A DNA stretch of 64,000 bases, taken from the NCBI RefSeq assembly GCF_009914755.1, contig NC_060934.1. One strand, given 5' to 3'. This DNA comes from the human T2T-CHM13v2.0 reference genome, Homo sapiens. Shown here in pieces: positions 29,405-44,113 of this stretch (its first letter is position 1; each line of letters begins with the position of its first letter). The notes under the pieces were generated by a model that was not told where the DNA came from, did no database searches, and was given only the letters and a program-made list of their open reading frames with translations. The position numbers were made by a program, and so were the translations under genes.

Positions 29405-29897
29405 GTATTGATTGATATTGCTGTGTAATAAACCACCCCAAAATGTAGTGGCTTAAAACAACTCCATTTCTTATTTCTCACAAGTTGCCTATAAATCAGC
29501 TTGCTGGTTCTACTGATATGGGCTGGACCCTGCTGATCTCAGCTGAGCTTCTGAATGTGTAAGCTGTTATCTGGTGGACTGGCTGGGAGCTGGCTAGGCA
29601 AGGATAACTTTTGGTGCAAAAAAATAAAAATTAAAAAAAAAATCCTTCATGTGTCTTGTATACATCTGCAGAAGACCAGTAGTGTACATTTTCTTGGCTG
29701 TAGCAAGGGTCCAAGAAAGGAAGTAGTAAGCAGTTTTTCAAGTCTCTCTCTCTTTTTTTTTTTTTTTTTGCTTCAAGCTTCCTGCTCTCCTCTTTTGCCA
29801 TATTATTGAGCCTGGAATCTGAGTGGGAGAGGACGACAGAGGGTCTGGGCACAAGGAAGCCATTGATTGAGGCCATTACTGCAATCAACCCACCACC
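29405..29897. mobile_element. MLT1 (ERVL-MaLR) solo LTR
   Basis: ttgctgtgtaataaaccaccccaaaatgtagtggcttaaaacaa is a typical MLT1 terminus. Confidence 0.7.
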
Positions 29898-30052
29898 AAT
29901 AAAAAGCACTGGAGGAGAGGGCTTGACATAGACACAAAACATAAAGGAAGGGGGTGAAAGGAAGGAAAGAGATTGAGGAAAAAAAATAAAAATAAAAGAT
30001 GGCTGGGTAAGGGAAGAAGAGATAGGGAAGAGAGACAGAAAAGGTAGAATGC

Positions 30053-30327
30053 GGCTGGGTGCAGTGGCTCACACCTTTAATCCCAGCAATTTGGGAGGCC
30101 GAGGTGGGCGGATCACCTGAGGTCAGGAGTTCAAGACCATCCTGACCAACATGGGGAAACCTCCTCTCTACTAAAAATACAAAGTTAGCTGGGCGCAGTG
30201 TCACTTGCCTTTAATCCCAGCTACTCAGGAGGCTGAGGTAGGAGAATTGCTTGAACCCGGGAGGTGGTGAGACAAGATTGTGCCATTGCACTCCAGCCTG
30301 GACAACAAGAGTGAAACTCTGTCAGAA

Positions 30328-30372
<45 letters not shown>

Positions 30373-30478
30373 AGGAAGGAAGGAAGGAAGGAAGGAAGGA
30401 AGGAAGGAAGGAAGGAAAGAAAGAAGGAAAGAAAAAGGAAGGAAGGAAGGAAGAGAAAAGAAGGAAAGAAGGAAAGAA
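30053..30478 (+). mobile_element. AluS whose tail has expanded into a (GAAA)/(GA)/(GGAA)11 purine microsatellite; 16-bp TSD
   Basis: TSD agaaaaggt(a/g)gaatgc at 30037-30052 and 30479-30494. Confidence 0.93.
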
Positions 30479-31052
30479 AGAAAAGGTGGAATGCATAATC
30501 TGGAGAGTGGAGAATGCATCTGGGAGGGCTGCAGGAACCAAGACATGTGACTTAAAAAACAAGCTCTGACATAAACATGTACTATACATAATGACATAAT
30601 AGGATTTTCCAGTTGATAGCAGTATAAGCTCAAGTACTGCTGTGGGTATGGGAAAAGAAGACAAGCAATAAATTACCACAGAATCATCTGGTAAAGCCTT
30701 TTTCAACTTGCAGAGGAAAACTGAACTCATAGATGTTGGAGAAGGGGGTCAAGTGACAAATGACAGGAACAGTGGCATTTATATGATGGCATTAATAGAT
30801 GCTTGCTTCTATTAATAGATTCTGCTTAAAAATGAGATGATCATGTCTTATTAGGATACAAAAATATAAGTGAATTGGAATTTTTCCCTATGCTTTTCCA
30901 TCTTCTTGTATGTTTTAACTGTAAGTCTGTCTTAAATACAAATTACTTTCATATTAGAGTACTCAACATGGGGTATAAGACTGGGAAACAGTATAATGCT
31001 CACTAAGAAAGAGGATTTCACATATTGATACTGAATTTAGGTTAGTAAATCA

Positions 31053-31365
<313 letters not shown>

Positions 31366-31709
31366 AGTATATCAGACTTGGATATAAATTTTGATTTTGT
31401 TTTGCTTGTTTTGTGTGTTTCTGTTATCCAAATACCAGAAGACTAATTTATATTGGTTAAGAATTGAGCATACTGACACAAAATTTGCAAACACTTTAAC
31501 GTTGTTTAAGAGAGACCTGAAATAATACATTAAGGGAAAATGTCATCTTCTATTTACTTGTTTCAAGATAATTCCACAAATTCCAAAAGCAATGAACTTT
31601 TTTCTTAATTTGTCCATTTTAACAAAATAGCCCTTTCACAGTTTCATGATGTCGTGGTCAAAAATAAGTCAGAGAGTTTTTATTATAGATTGTATTGTAT
31701 TGTATTATA

Positions 31710-31751
31710 TTATATATTCTCTCCAACTTATTATATATTCTCTCCAACTTA
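31710..31751. repeat. Perfect 21-bp tandem duplication (ttatatattctctccaactta)x2
   Basis: Direct reading. Confidence 0.95.
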
Positions 31752-32726
31752 TTCCCCTTCTTATTGTTATGCTGTTTATTATGGCTTACACAGCAATATC
31801 TGATCTAATATATTATTTAATGAATTGCCCACAGATCACCCAAAATCTGCTTATTCTGCCTAAAGACGTTTTCGGTGCATTTATTCTTTTCTTTTACTTT
31901 CCTGTTTCTTTGTTTATTGAAGATGGTTTCATTCCCATTTTTGTTTCTGTAAAACTGATAATAAAGAGAGTAATCATATCTCCAGTGGATCTTTTCTGAA
32001 TCTGGAAACATGGACTCCCAAGAGTTCATGTCATTTATAACTCTTATATCATTTTTCATATATTCTCAATGTATCATAATTTTTTAACTGTAAATATTAG
32101 AAATGTCTATCGTATTCAGATCTTGGTTTCATTGAGATTCAAATACAAGAACTGTGACATTGAGATGACCCATAAGAACTTAGAAGTCTTTCATAGTAGT
32201 TTCAACCAGAATGGTGAAATGATTGCCAAATTTAATTAGATATTAATCAACAATGATATTGTCAAATGTATATTTAACAGTGCATTTATTTGTTTTTCTC
32301 TAGATTTTATATCTATAAGACTGCTTATAAACAAAGATTTTCTAAAACTGTATAAAAACAAATATACAGTAAAGTTTTTTTTCAGAAAACAAATAGTAAG
32401 AGGAAAATCTGTTTCCAAAATTATAGCCAGCACTAAATGAATTCATGGTGTGCCTATATGTGTGATAGGTTTGCAGCATCTAACATCAATTATATTATCT
32501 GAGAATCTATTACTTTCAACATCAAGTAGCCTTCTTTAGAACCAGGAACTCCCTGTCTCTTCTATTCATTCAATAGCACTAAACTGATGTTATTTTTTGG
32601 TTTCGTATGTCTCTCTTTTCTAATACCTTTGACTCCCTTTCTAGTCTTTTATCTCCTTCCCATGGTTTTGTCCATGAAACAAGAGGATCCTACTACCTTT
32701 CCTCCCTGTATGAAATTCAGATCTAA

Positions 32727-32861
<135 letters not shown>

Positions 32862-33084
32862 TAGAAGAAGGGCAGTCGCAATGAGTGAGCCTCTGTGGGG
32901 GTAAATTTAAAGGAGATTGGTCTATGGCAGCTGTACCTGAATTAAAAAAAAAATAGCTAATCGATTAGCTGATTAATGCTTGTTAATTCTGTTGTTTGCT
33001 TTATAACTCCGATTGGGCTATCTCTGTCACCCTTGAGCTAACTCAGGTAAAGACAAATTAAATAGTGAAGCCAAAAATGTGTAA

Positions 33085-33411
<327 letters not shown>

Positions 33412-33558
33412 AGATTCTTTGGGATAGTTGGCAGATACAGTTCTTTTATTAATGAGAATGACATAAAACAGTGACAGATTATTGGATTGATAGGCATATG
33501 ACTTTTCATATATGTTTGGCTTAAGTGTATGAGCAAAACCGCAGCTTTGTGCTATCTT

Positions 33559-33880
33559 TTTTTTTTCTTTCTTTTATTATTGTACTTTAAGTTTTAGGGT
33601 ACATGTGCACATTGTGCAGGTTATTTACATATGTATACATGGTGCCACGCTGGTGCGCTACACCCACTAACTCGTCATCTAGCATTAGGTATATCTCCCA
33701 ATGCTATCCCTCCCCTTTCCCCCCACCCCACAACAGTCCCCAGAGTATGATGTTCCCCTTCCTGTGTCCATGTGATCTCATTGTTCAATTCCCACCTATG
33801 AGTGAGAATATGCGGTGTTTGGTTTTTTGTTCTTGTGATAGTTTACTGAGAATGATGATTTCCAATTTCATCCATGTCCC
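33559..33880 (-). mobile_element. Young L1 (L1PA2-like) 3' end, 5'-truncated, TSD tgtgctatctt
   Basis: TSD at 33548-33558 and 33881-33891; cacccactaactcgtcatctagc, tgtgatctc and cacattgtgc diagnostics. Confidence 0.9.
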
Positions 33881-36800
33881 TGTGCTATCTTATATTTAAT
33901 GTATTTGTGTAAAACTGTTTGGGAGTCTAAAGGAAGATGAAAGAAAAGGTACAAATTTAGGTAAATAAAAATCCGGGGGCAGCTCTACCTACCACGAGAG
34001 AAGATAAGTATTTTCTTTAAATTACGTTTGCCCATCTAGTCTAGTTTACATTTTATAGAATAAAAAGGGACGTGTTGCTTTGGACAACTGTTTGTTATAT
34101 TAGAAACCAAAATGCTAACTGCATTAGCCATTCTGACCCTATAAATAGGCATCTGTTGAAAGCTTCTGGTTTTTGAATCTCCTTCACTCCAAGAACAGTC
34201 CCGAGAGATGCTTTGGTGTCATAGTACGTGAAGTTGGGGTGGGGGGTGTTTGTGTCCTATGTGTTCTTATTTAAAGAAAGGGGAGATAATAAAATATATC
34301 TCAAGATGAGATCATTTTTTCTCTTTTGTTCAAAGTTCTTTTTCTTCTTTTATTTGGTTACAGTGGTAGATAATTTATCACATGCTCATGTTCTTTGGTT
34401 GTGACTTGAGGTGATTATACTTAATTATGTCAACTCTCAACTGTAGACAGCAACTGGAGTGGAAGCTTTACTTTTTAAAGCAACGGATTAGCAGAAATAT
34501 TATAAGGGTTATCTTACAACCGTAAGATATCTTAGAACTGAATGGTTATGTTACAACTGAATGGCATTGATACGTGGTGGTTCTGCTTGATGAAGAACAT
34601 GGGGTTTCTCCTTGTTAGCTGAGAATTTGTGGGAGGCAATATTCAAGGGAATTGTTAAATCAAAGCAGGTTTTCCAGAAACTAAATTGTACTGTGAACAA
34701 AGCAAGGATACATGAGTATGTGTAGGCAACATAAAGGCATCCTGACAGAGCTCTTAAATAAGAGGCTGAGCCCTAGGACAGCTGAAGTTGGCTTGTGTTT
34801 GAGGATGGCCGTTCTCACATTCTTTCTTTCAGAGTTGTTAAATCAAGCATGGTTTGAGTCAATTATTGCACAAGTAAAAAGAAACACTAGCTTTAATTTA
34901 TTAGTTGCTTTTTTTAATTGCTGAAAAAAATTATTTGCGGCTTACTCAGCAGGGCTTTTAGTCCATATTGTTGTTCTGATATATTATTGCTTAAAGAAAA
35001 AAACACCAACCAAAATACAAAAATTTTTTTTACAAATGTAGTTTAATATGCAAGTATTATGTTGGTATATTCCCAATGATAAAATTGTACTTAGATATCA
35101 GGGCCCTAAAGTGTAATTTTGCATCCTTTGTTATGCTGTAAAAGGATAACTGTTACGTGTTGGGGGAAAAATATTTTCAAATACAAATCTCATTTAATAA
35201 ATTGGCAACATTTATATGAATTTTCAGACCAGATTATGTCTAAAGTTTGGGACTCAGCAGTTATCTAAAAGAACTTAATTCAAACGTAGAGTTCAGAGAA
35301 AAATGTCCCTCACACAATTTGCATACTGGAAAAGCAGTCACATTTTCTGTTAACCTTACTGTTCCATCCTGAGAAAATTAGCCAAGAAGGAATGAAAGAT
35401 TTGGGTCTCGAGTTCTGCCATTGTTGCTGTTAGATGCGACTATATTTATGCAAGAAAATTAGAATCAATATGTTCTACTTAAAAATCATTTTGGGAACAC
35501 AAAATTTTATCTCCTTAAAAGTCTCTCCCACATTTATAAAGTATAACTGTGTCTGTTGCATGAGCTTCTGTATAACAAGAGATACACGGTTGCATTGTAT
35601 TCTCAGCTAACAGAAAGTGCATCTTTATGCCAGAGATTAGGATAACCCAAGATTAGCACAATGCAAGTTATACAAGTACAGTTCTTTTGTGAGAAATAAG
35701 TTGATTCCTACAGACCTATGTTACATATTCAACAATCAGAATTTAGACCGATATTAAGTCCTTTTCAAAATTCAGTTCCCTTATTTAGCAACACTCACTA
35801 TTAGGAATTGTCTTTGTAGGGAATTTAAATACTTTGCCTCTGTTAACTTTTTTACCCCCACCAAGTGGATTTAGGGAACAACTGATTATTATTCTAAGTA
35901 GTGAGTAGTTTCATTTCTTCTGTATTCCAAGGTGTGTTACATAGAACCCTGTTCTCATAAGATCAGTTTTCTATTCTATTAATCATTTTAGTTACATAGG
36001 TTATATTACCTAAACCTTTGGCTTCATGTAGCCATGGGAACATGGGAATGTGAGCTCAAGCCTGGAAAATAGTATTTCCCAGTAGATCACCATTACTATT
36101 TCATTCTTATCAGATTTGGTGAAGATTTGGTAAAGCATTCAAAATGCTGTAAAGCAATTTTAATTTATTTATTATTAAAATTTCTCCCTATTCATTCTTC
36201 CTCACATCAACAACAAAACACTTGTTTTTCAGTTTTTGAAGACCCCCAAATAGTAAATGATTTCAATGTAAATTTCAAGCATGATTAATTAAAGTAGCTT
36301 TATTTTCTTTCATAAAAGATCAGGTGATCTGATAGTTTCAATATCAAAGGGAATTCAGGCATTGTTAGTAAATTGATAAATCCTTCCGAGTTTACAAGAG
36401 AAATACCTTTGCTCCCTCAAAAAGAGAGGGAAAAGTATGGTAAAACTAAGACTTATGTTAAAAAAGGTGGAAATTAAAAGTAAAGCAAGTATAAGGAATA
36501 TTGTCATTTGATTATTGGTCATGAAACATTAAACTTTTAATTGATTTCTGTAACTTTCTTTCTATATAAAATGAGCATCTTAGTACCTAAAAATGCAATG
36601 TGTACACAGCATGCATTACCTAGCAGAGAGTAAGTAGTACACTTGTACTTAAAGTTACTGTTTTTTCCATCATCGTTATCACTTTAAAAAACAGCGATAC
36701 TAACTTAGATGTCACTGCCAAAGCTGAGTGCCCTTCAGAGTGGAACCACAGGAGATTCCCACTAAGAAACACAGTGACAGTGTGTCTCTGGAACTTCAGT

Positions 36801-37129
36801 GCTTTCTGACTATGTTGATGTGTGTTGTTTTATGTCTCTTCATAAGACTTATGTCTGCCTGTCTGTCCATCTGTATGTCTCGAAATCACTGTTTTTCATA
36901 AAATGTATTTGTAAATCTTTAGAAACAGAAAGAACCATAGAAATCAGCTAATTCAACATCCACAGGTACAGCTATGAAAAACAGGTCTAAGTACAGGACT
37001 GACTTTGGTTGTTCATTTCAGAAATATGAATGTAAAAATATACTTGTTATGATTAGAAGCATAGCACATTATAATTCTGAGTAATTTATAAATTAACAGG
37101 AAACCCAAGGAGGAAAATTTAAATTACTT

Positions 37130-37760
37130 AGAAATCTACTACAGAGAAATAGTAATAAATGTTTTCACGTATCTGTATCCAACTATTTATTTGTAATATA
37201 CACATATATGAAGATACCCACATTAAGAAAATTGGCATTATGCTGTAAATTATTCTGCCCCCTGTTTTCACCTTCATATATAAAACATATTTTTTACACT
37301 GTTAAATATCTGTCTAAAATGTGGTCATTAATAGTTATAAGAAATTTATCTGTTTCATAATTTATGTAACCTGTCACTAAAGAGGTTGGTTACATAGTTT
37401 GCATCGCATATTATCAGTAAAATGGTGCTAAACGTCCTTGTTTCTAAATTTTTGCATGTATCTGATTCTCAAAAAGTGAATTTGTGGATACTGAATGTTA
37501 ATATTGTTTTGAATGTATTTTGACAAATTGCTTTCCATCAAGGTTGTACCAGTTTACTACCCATTGTTATATTAGAAATATCCCATTTCCCAAAGAGCTT
37601 TCTAATATTCATTTTTAACTCTGCAAATTTGGTAAGCACGAAATGGTATTTCATTGTTGTCTTTCGATTACCAGAAAGTTTTAACACCGTCATATATTCA
37701 TGTGTTGTTTGTAATTTCCATAATTTCTTGGTAAATAGCTCTATTAAGTAATTCTTTCTC
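37130..37760 (-). mobile_element. Old L1ME-like fragment
   Basis: tttgacaaattgctttccatcaaggttgtaccagtttactac...gaaatggtatttcattgttg. Confidence 0.6.
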
Positions 37761-38417
37761 AGCCTCAGCTTATGTCCTTCCAAATCCTTACACAACATGC
37801 AGAGGTCTTCCTGGATACACGCACGATTCTCACTAGTGCCATTTGCACTAATTTGTTTCTCTCTCCTCCAATGTAACATTTTGAATTTCAATCATCATCT
37901 GTGGGGTGCTGACTTATCCCATCGGGCCTCACTGTTTCTCTACTTTCCGAGCTTAATGAGCTTAATCCTTCTAGCAAGAAACTCAGAAAATCCACTCATG
38001 CCATGTGGTTCTTTAATTTGGAACAGATAAGGCCATGCCACTTAAGTAAAGAGAAAGTTACGTTAACACTCCCATGCAGGGCCTTGCACTAGAAACCAGT
38101 CTGGAAAGCAGCTGACCTCACTTAAAATGGTTCTACTCCAAGTTATGACAGTGACTATATCTGAGTCCCTTAGAATATTCCTTTATTTTTCTCACTCACA
38201 GTACATTATTTGGTACTTTCTTAACATCAGGCCTCTTCGTATCAGTATCTACTGTTTTAAATTTATTGACATTGTTTGTGTTACAATGCACCTTTGCTTG
38301 GCTGGTTATTATTCATAGCTCCATAAGAAACATTAAGCATTTTCACAAATAAAACTGACAACTAGCAGAGCAAATATATTTTAAAAATACTACAAAGAGG
38401 GTCTTTGAACTCTTTGA

Positions 38418-38785
<368 letters not shown>

Positions 38786-38908
38786 TAATTTTTTAAAATT
38801 ACTTTTAGACAGTGAATAAAATAACCTTAACAAACAAAAACACAGCTTTGCCCATGAAATATGCACACTATCTTAAGCTTAAATTTAAAATAATAGTAAT
38901 AGCATAGA

Positions 38909-39113
38909 CCAGTATGCTATTCAGAGCTTCCTGTGCTGGTGGGAATGTTGTGAATCTGAATCGTATAGTGTGATTTCAGTAGCCACATGTGGCTACTATG
39001 AACTTGCAATATGACTAGTGAGCCTGAGCAATTGAATTTTTAATTGAATTTAATTCATTAACTTCATCTTAAATAGCCAGATGTGCCTAGTGGCTATCAT
39101 GTTGGATAGGGTA
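38909..39113 (+). mobile_element. MER3 (hAT-Charlie)
   Basis: gtagccacatgtggcta...aattgaatttttaattg...aaatagccagatgtgcctagtggctatc; atagac on both flanks. Confidence 0.8.
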
Positions 39114-40116
39114 ACAATAGACCATATCCATTAATTAATTTATTTAATTAATATTTAATTAAATAAAATATTAAATGCCAAGTGTAATATTTACGTAAAC
39201 ATTATTCTTATTTCTTCTTTGCTTTTTAAAAGGCACCAGAATATTAGATGTGATTAAATAATAAATTTTCAAATATAAGTGTATTTATTAAATAACAAAT
39301 TTTCAAACATAACCATTATAACTAATTTTTCCCATAGAAAACAATTTGCAATTTTGATTTAGTGGTAGGACACATTCACTATAATTATGTAGCAGCTATA
39401 ATGAAAATATGTGGTCAAAACTTACGAAAAATACAAATAATCTTGGAAAAACTTGAACTTTTTTTTATTCTATAATATTTTCTAGAACCCAGTGCAAGCC
39501 CTTTCAGAGGAACTAGGCCTCGTTTGTTATTTTCAAAGTTGTAGTCTTCTCATTCACTTAAAAACAGATCAATCGACAGATCTCCAGTAAATTATGTCAT
39601 CTTACTTTTGCTCACCTCAAAATGGAAAACCCTTCAAAAGTATTCATTTTTCAGAAGATAAAATTGCTTCTCTTAACAGCACAATTTCATTAGGTGCTTA
39701 CATTCTCAAGTATACACTAGCTCACCAAAGGCTCAACAAAAGCAGAAATAAATAGAAATCATGATGTTTTCTCATAAAGTAACTACTCATAAAACACTTC
39801 CAAGAAAGAGAGCATTGTACAAAATGATATTTTATTAGTTTAATGCATCCATTTCTAATGTAAGCTAGTTGACTGACTCTGACTTGATTTTTAAAGACAA
39901 GTAAAAAAATCTAAAATTTTCTGGGCATAGAAATCACTGATTAATCAATTTTTACATATTTGAGAATTTTTCTAAAATTTTTATGAACAGGGAAGGCTTT
40001 CTTCATGGACTTGTGGTTAAATTCTTTCTTTTATTTCATTTTTTTGATTTATTAACATTTAATCCTATACAATACTTTTAGAGAAAGTAAATTTTTAACA
40101 ATTTAGAACTGTGTCT

Positions 40117-40210
40117 AGCTGGGAGCAGTGTTTCGTGCCTGTAATCTCAGCATTTTGGGAGGCCAAGGTGGGAGGATCACTTGAGCCCGCCAGTTCCAGA
40201 CCAGCCTGGA
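40117..40210 (+). mobile_element. Alu left-arm/FLAM fragment
   Basis: gcctgtaatctcagcattttgggaggccaaggtgggaggatcacttgagcc. Confidence 0.8.
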
Positions 40211-40214
40211 AGAA

Positions 40215-40390
40215 AGACACTGGAGACTGGGAAGGGTGGGAGCAGGGAGAGGGTTTGGGGATGAGAAATTACTTATTGGGTACAATGTACACTATTTGGG
40301 TGCACAGACTTCACTACTACACAATATATCCGTGTAACAAAATTGCACTGCTACCCCTTACATTTATACGAATTTAAAAGAAAGAAAAGG
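40215..40390 (+). mobile_element. L1PB/L1MA 3' end fragment
   Basis: ggatgagaaattacttattgggtacaatgtacactatttgggtg. Confidence 0.75.
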
Positions 40391-40764
40391 AAAAACATTT
40401 GCTTCAGTGGCTGCCTCTGAGGCCTTCATTTTGGGATATTGTTTTCTGAGACCCAACACACCCAATTCAATTTAATGAAGTCACAGTCTCCTTTGTGAAA
40501 AGGAAAAAAAAAAAAAAAAAAAAGAGAGAGAGAGATGTAATGACTTGGCAAATATATATCATGCCTTCTTCCCATAAGTCTCAGGAGCAGGGAGGCATGT
40601 CCCCCTGCAAAAACACCAGGTTCAGGACAAGCAGCCCTCAGCAATGGAACCGTGATATTGTCACAGGCCCGCAGCCCACCTGCCTCACCGGCCCACTGTG
40701 ACACTGCGTGGACAATTTACTGTCCCTCTGCTGGTTACGATTCTCTCTTTATTCCTTAATTGTT

Positions 40765-40912
40765 TTTTCTTTTATTGATGCATAATACTTTACATATGGG
40801 GACATGTGAGTATTTTTACCTGCATAGACTGTGTAATGATCGGGTCAGGGTATTTGGGGTGTCCATCACCTTGAGTGTTTATCAGTTAATGTCTTGGGAA
40901 CATTTCAAGTCC
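40765..40912 (-). mobile_element. L1MA 3' end fragment
   Basis: gtgtaatgatcgggtcagggtatttggggtgtccatcaccttgag. Confidence 0.7.
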
Positions 40913-42877
40913 AGGGCAAAGTAATTATCAAAGGAAGGCAGGAAATGCAGCTGGTTTAAGCCATTAGGAAAGTATACGTGAGAGAAAAATAAATTTGAAG
41001 GTTGTTTTAGGTCCTATTTTTTATTTCCTTCATGCTTACTCAAGTAACTTAGGAACTCTGGCCATTTAAGTTTTACCAGTGTCCTGAAACTTTGCAAGCA
41101 ATGAGGGAATGTTGACAGGAAAATCTAAAAGGCTTAAATTAGCATTTCACGCTCAACTAAGGTTTATGTTTTATTGAATGCCTAATGACATTATTATTTC
41201 AGAGAATTAGAACTACAGAGAGAGATTTTAAAAATGATTCTGGCAAATGCATTTTTTATTTGTAGCTACTTTATTTAACAACTCCAACTAGCTAATTCTG
41301 CTAATGCATTGCACTTTTCTGTGGGAAGCTTGTAGTCACTATAATAGTGTCATTTGTATCTCAAGAGTCTCTCTTCTCCTGAGTCTTCATGCTGGAAATG
41401 AATCTTGTGGTTATACGATACAGGCTATTTCCATTAAAGAGTACTCAGTAAACGGTGCTTGTGCTGGACTCGATTTGAACCAGAAAAGAAATAAGATACA
41501 ACCATATGGAGCCAGTCATTAAGCATTGGCAACACATAAATAGGGAAATGTTAGTGAATCATTCATTTGACAATTCAGACAAAATATAATACTTACACAA
41601 TATGAGTAAGCCAAGTTAGGAGATTTCTCATATAGTCTCTGTGTGAATGTTATGCTTTCAAGACAGAAAAATAAACTAGATCATGGCTAATCATGCCTCA
41701 AGGTACTCATTAGTCTGTGTTCAGTTCAGCTAGAGTGGATATTGATCAAAGAAGATTCTTGGTGTTTCCATATGATCACATTGTCCCTCCTGCTGATGCT
41801 GATCAGGCTTTCTAAAACATGCAGTATTTGCACTTTGCAACACATCGCCTTAAGCTTTCGATCACATTTTCTCTCTGTGTGTTAATCCGCTCAGATTTAA
41901 TTTTTCTTAATTTTTAAAAGGCACTAATGGGTGAGTATTGATCTATTGGAGTTGAATCACCATCGCTAAGACTGAACGTTTAATTCAACTTTATTTTGGC
42001 TTATTCTTGAAGAAGACCCATGAGCGAAATATATTTTTGGAATCACATGAAAGCTTCTAGTATTGGCAGGGGTAACCACAATTCTAATTACTTGTTTCTG
42101 ACAGAGGTATCTCTGAAATACTACATAAATGACCATTTGGAAGTTGTCGTTAATTGGCAGGTCATCAAACAACAATAATTCTCATTAATTTGGGTTTTGT
42201 TAAATTCATCTCCTCTCAATAGTTAGAGGTTTCTGAGCAGGTAATAGAACTAGCATAGCAAAAAATGGTCACACTTTCTCTTTACTCCATACGCACGATC
42301 AATAACTCTCAGAAGCTTCTCAATCATTGTTAGTAGTTGAGAATTTCAAAGTGTAACATGAAATAAAAGGAATAGTAGTATTTTAAGCACCAAGTAATAT
42401 GACAGGTACTGTGCAAAGACTCAAGAACCCCCCTCCTAGTGATCTTATGGAAAGGCCACATTATTTATTTATTGATAAGAACTTAATTGTTTAGCAAAAT
42501 ACATGGGAAAGCAATACGTAGGAATGAATACTATTTAGACACAGACAGAAGATGAGCCATCTTTTTATTTGTCTTAAAAACTAAAAAAAAAATGATGTGA
42601 TTTATATACTTCATGAAACCTTACTATGTACCATGAAACCAGCATTTCCTCTGATTTTTATGAAGTTTACTTTTTGAAAAATGTATATGCATCTTTCAGT
42701 TATACCAAAATTTCACTGGATTAGAGTTCTTAAACAGTGTTTTCCAATGTGATACGCCTGAGATATTTTCAGCCTGTGACCCAGAGCCACTCCTAGCCCC
42801 AAAAGGGTTTGCTTCGACCCTTTCTCCACCCCTTCTGCAGTATAATGTCATGATGAGTAATTAGAAGTGGAAAAAAA

Positions 42878-43075
42878 GACACAGGAAGGGGAACATCACA
42901 CAATGGGGCCTGTTGTGGGGTGGGGGAAGCGAGGAGGGAAAGCATTAGGAGATATACCTAATGTAAATGACGAGTTAATGGGTGCAGCACACCAACATGG
43001 CACATGTATACATATGTAACAAACCTGCACATTGTGCACATGTACCCTAGAACTTAAAGTATAATTAAAAAAAAA
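42878..43075 (+). mobile_element. L1PA (approx. PA4-6) 3'UTR fragment
   Basis: gacacaggaaggggaacatcacac...ccctagaacttaaagtataa plus poly(A). Confidence 0.9.
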
Positions 43076-43439
43076 GATATGAGTAGAGGGAAGGAGAGAT
43101 ACTTATAGGTTGTTAGTAAACATTTGACAGCCTCTGCAAGTTCTCGGATGAGTAGGTATCTTCCTTTTCTGAACACTTCTACTAAAAGGTAACTCACTAT
43201 CATCTGGGCCACCACACTCCCTGCTCTATATTTTAGAGGAGGTCATCGTTGGGTGTAATGATTTCAATATAAATTTAACTTTCTCTAAGTGAGGAATGGA
43301 GAAAAATTACTAGAAGTTTGATTCCAGGATTGTAGTGTGATTTCAGTGAGTTTGGATCTATAGAGATTATATTATTAAATGCAGCAAAAAACTTGTATGA
43401 TCTAAGGTTGTCATATTAAAGTTAGGCAAAAAGTGTATC

Positions 43440-43676
43440 TAATATGTATTGAGCATTTACAATGTGAAAGGGACTGTCTAGCAATATTCCTATATTATCT
43501 CATTTTAATCCTCAAAGCAATGCAGTAATATAGGTGCTATTATCCCTGTTTTATAGATAAGGAAACTGAGGCACAGAAAAGCTAGCAAAGGAGCCTGAGG
43601 CAACACAGATTCCTCACAGCAAAACTGTGGTTTGAGCCCAGACAGAATGTTCCAGAGCACATTATTAACCACTATG
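43440..43676 (-). mobile_element. MIR
   Basis: tattatccctgttttatagataaggaaactgaggcacaga. Confidence 0.75.
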
Positions 43677-43678
43677 AC

Positions 43679-44113
43679 GCTCAGTGGCTCACACCTGTAA
43701 TCTCAACACTTTGGGAGACCAAAGTAGGAGGATTGCTTGAGCCCAGGGGCTCAAGATCAGCCTGGGCAACATAGCAAGACCCTGTTTCTACCAAAAAAGT
43801 TTTAACAAATTAACTAGGCATGGGGGTGCATTGGAGTAGGCCTGTAATCCCATCACTTTGGGAGGCCAAAGCAGGGGGATCACTTGAGTCCAGGAGTTGA
43901 AGACCAGCATGGGCAACATAACCAGACCCCATTTTTACAAAAAATAAGGACAAAATTAAGTGGGTATGGTGGCAAATGCCTGTAGTCCTAGCTACTTGGG
44001 AGACTAAGGTGGGAGGATCGCTTGAGCCCAGGATGTCCAGGCTGCATTGAGCCATGATTGCACCACTGACTGGGCAACAGTGGGAGACCCTGTCTCAAAA
44101 ATAAAAATAAAAA
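43679..44113 (+). mobile_element. Trimeric AluJ-like element (left-left-right)
   Basis: Two consecutive left-arm monomers, then a J-type right arm. Confidence 0.85.

Noticed and set aside
29803-30730. ORFs of 99-169 aa
   Set aside because: Alu- and GGAA-repeat-derived
31646-31999. 117-aa hydrophobic ORF
   Set aside because: T-rich intron composition; the IIYSLQL repeat is only the 21-bp DNA duplication
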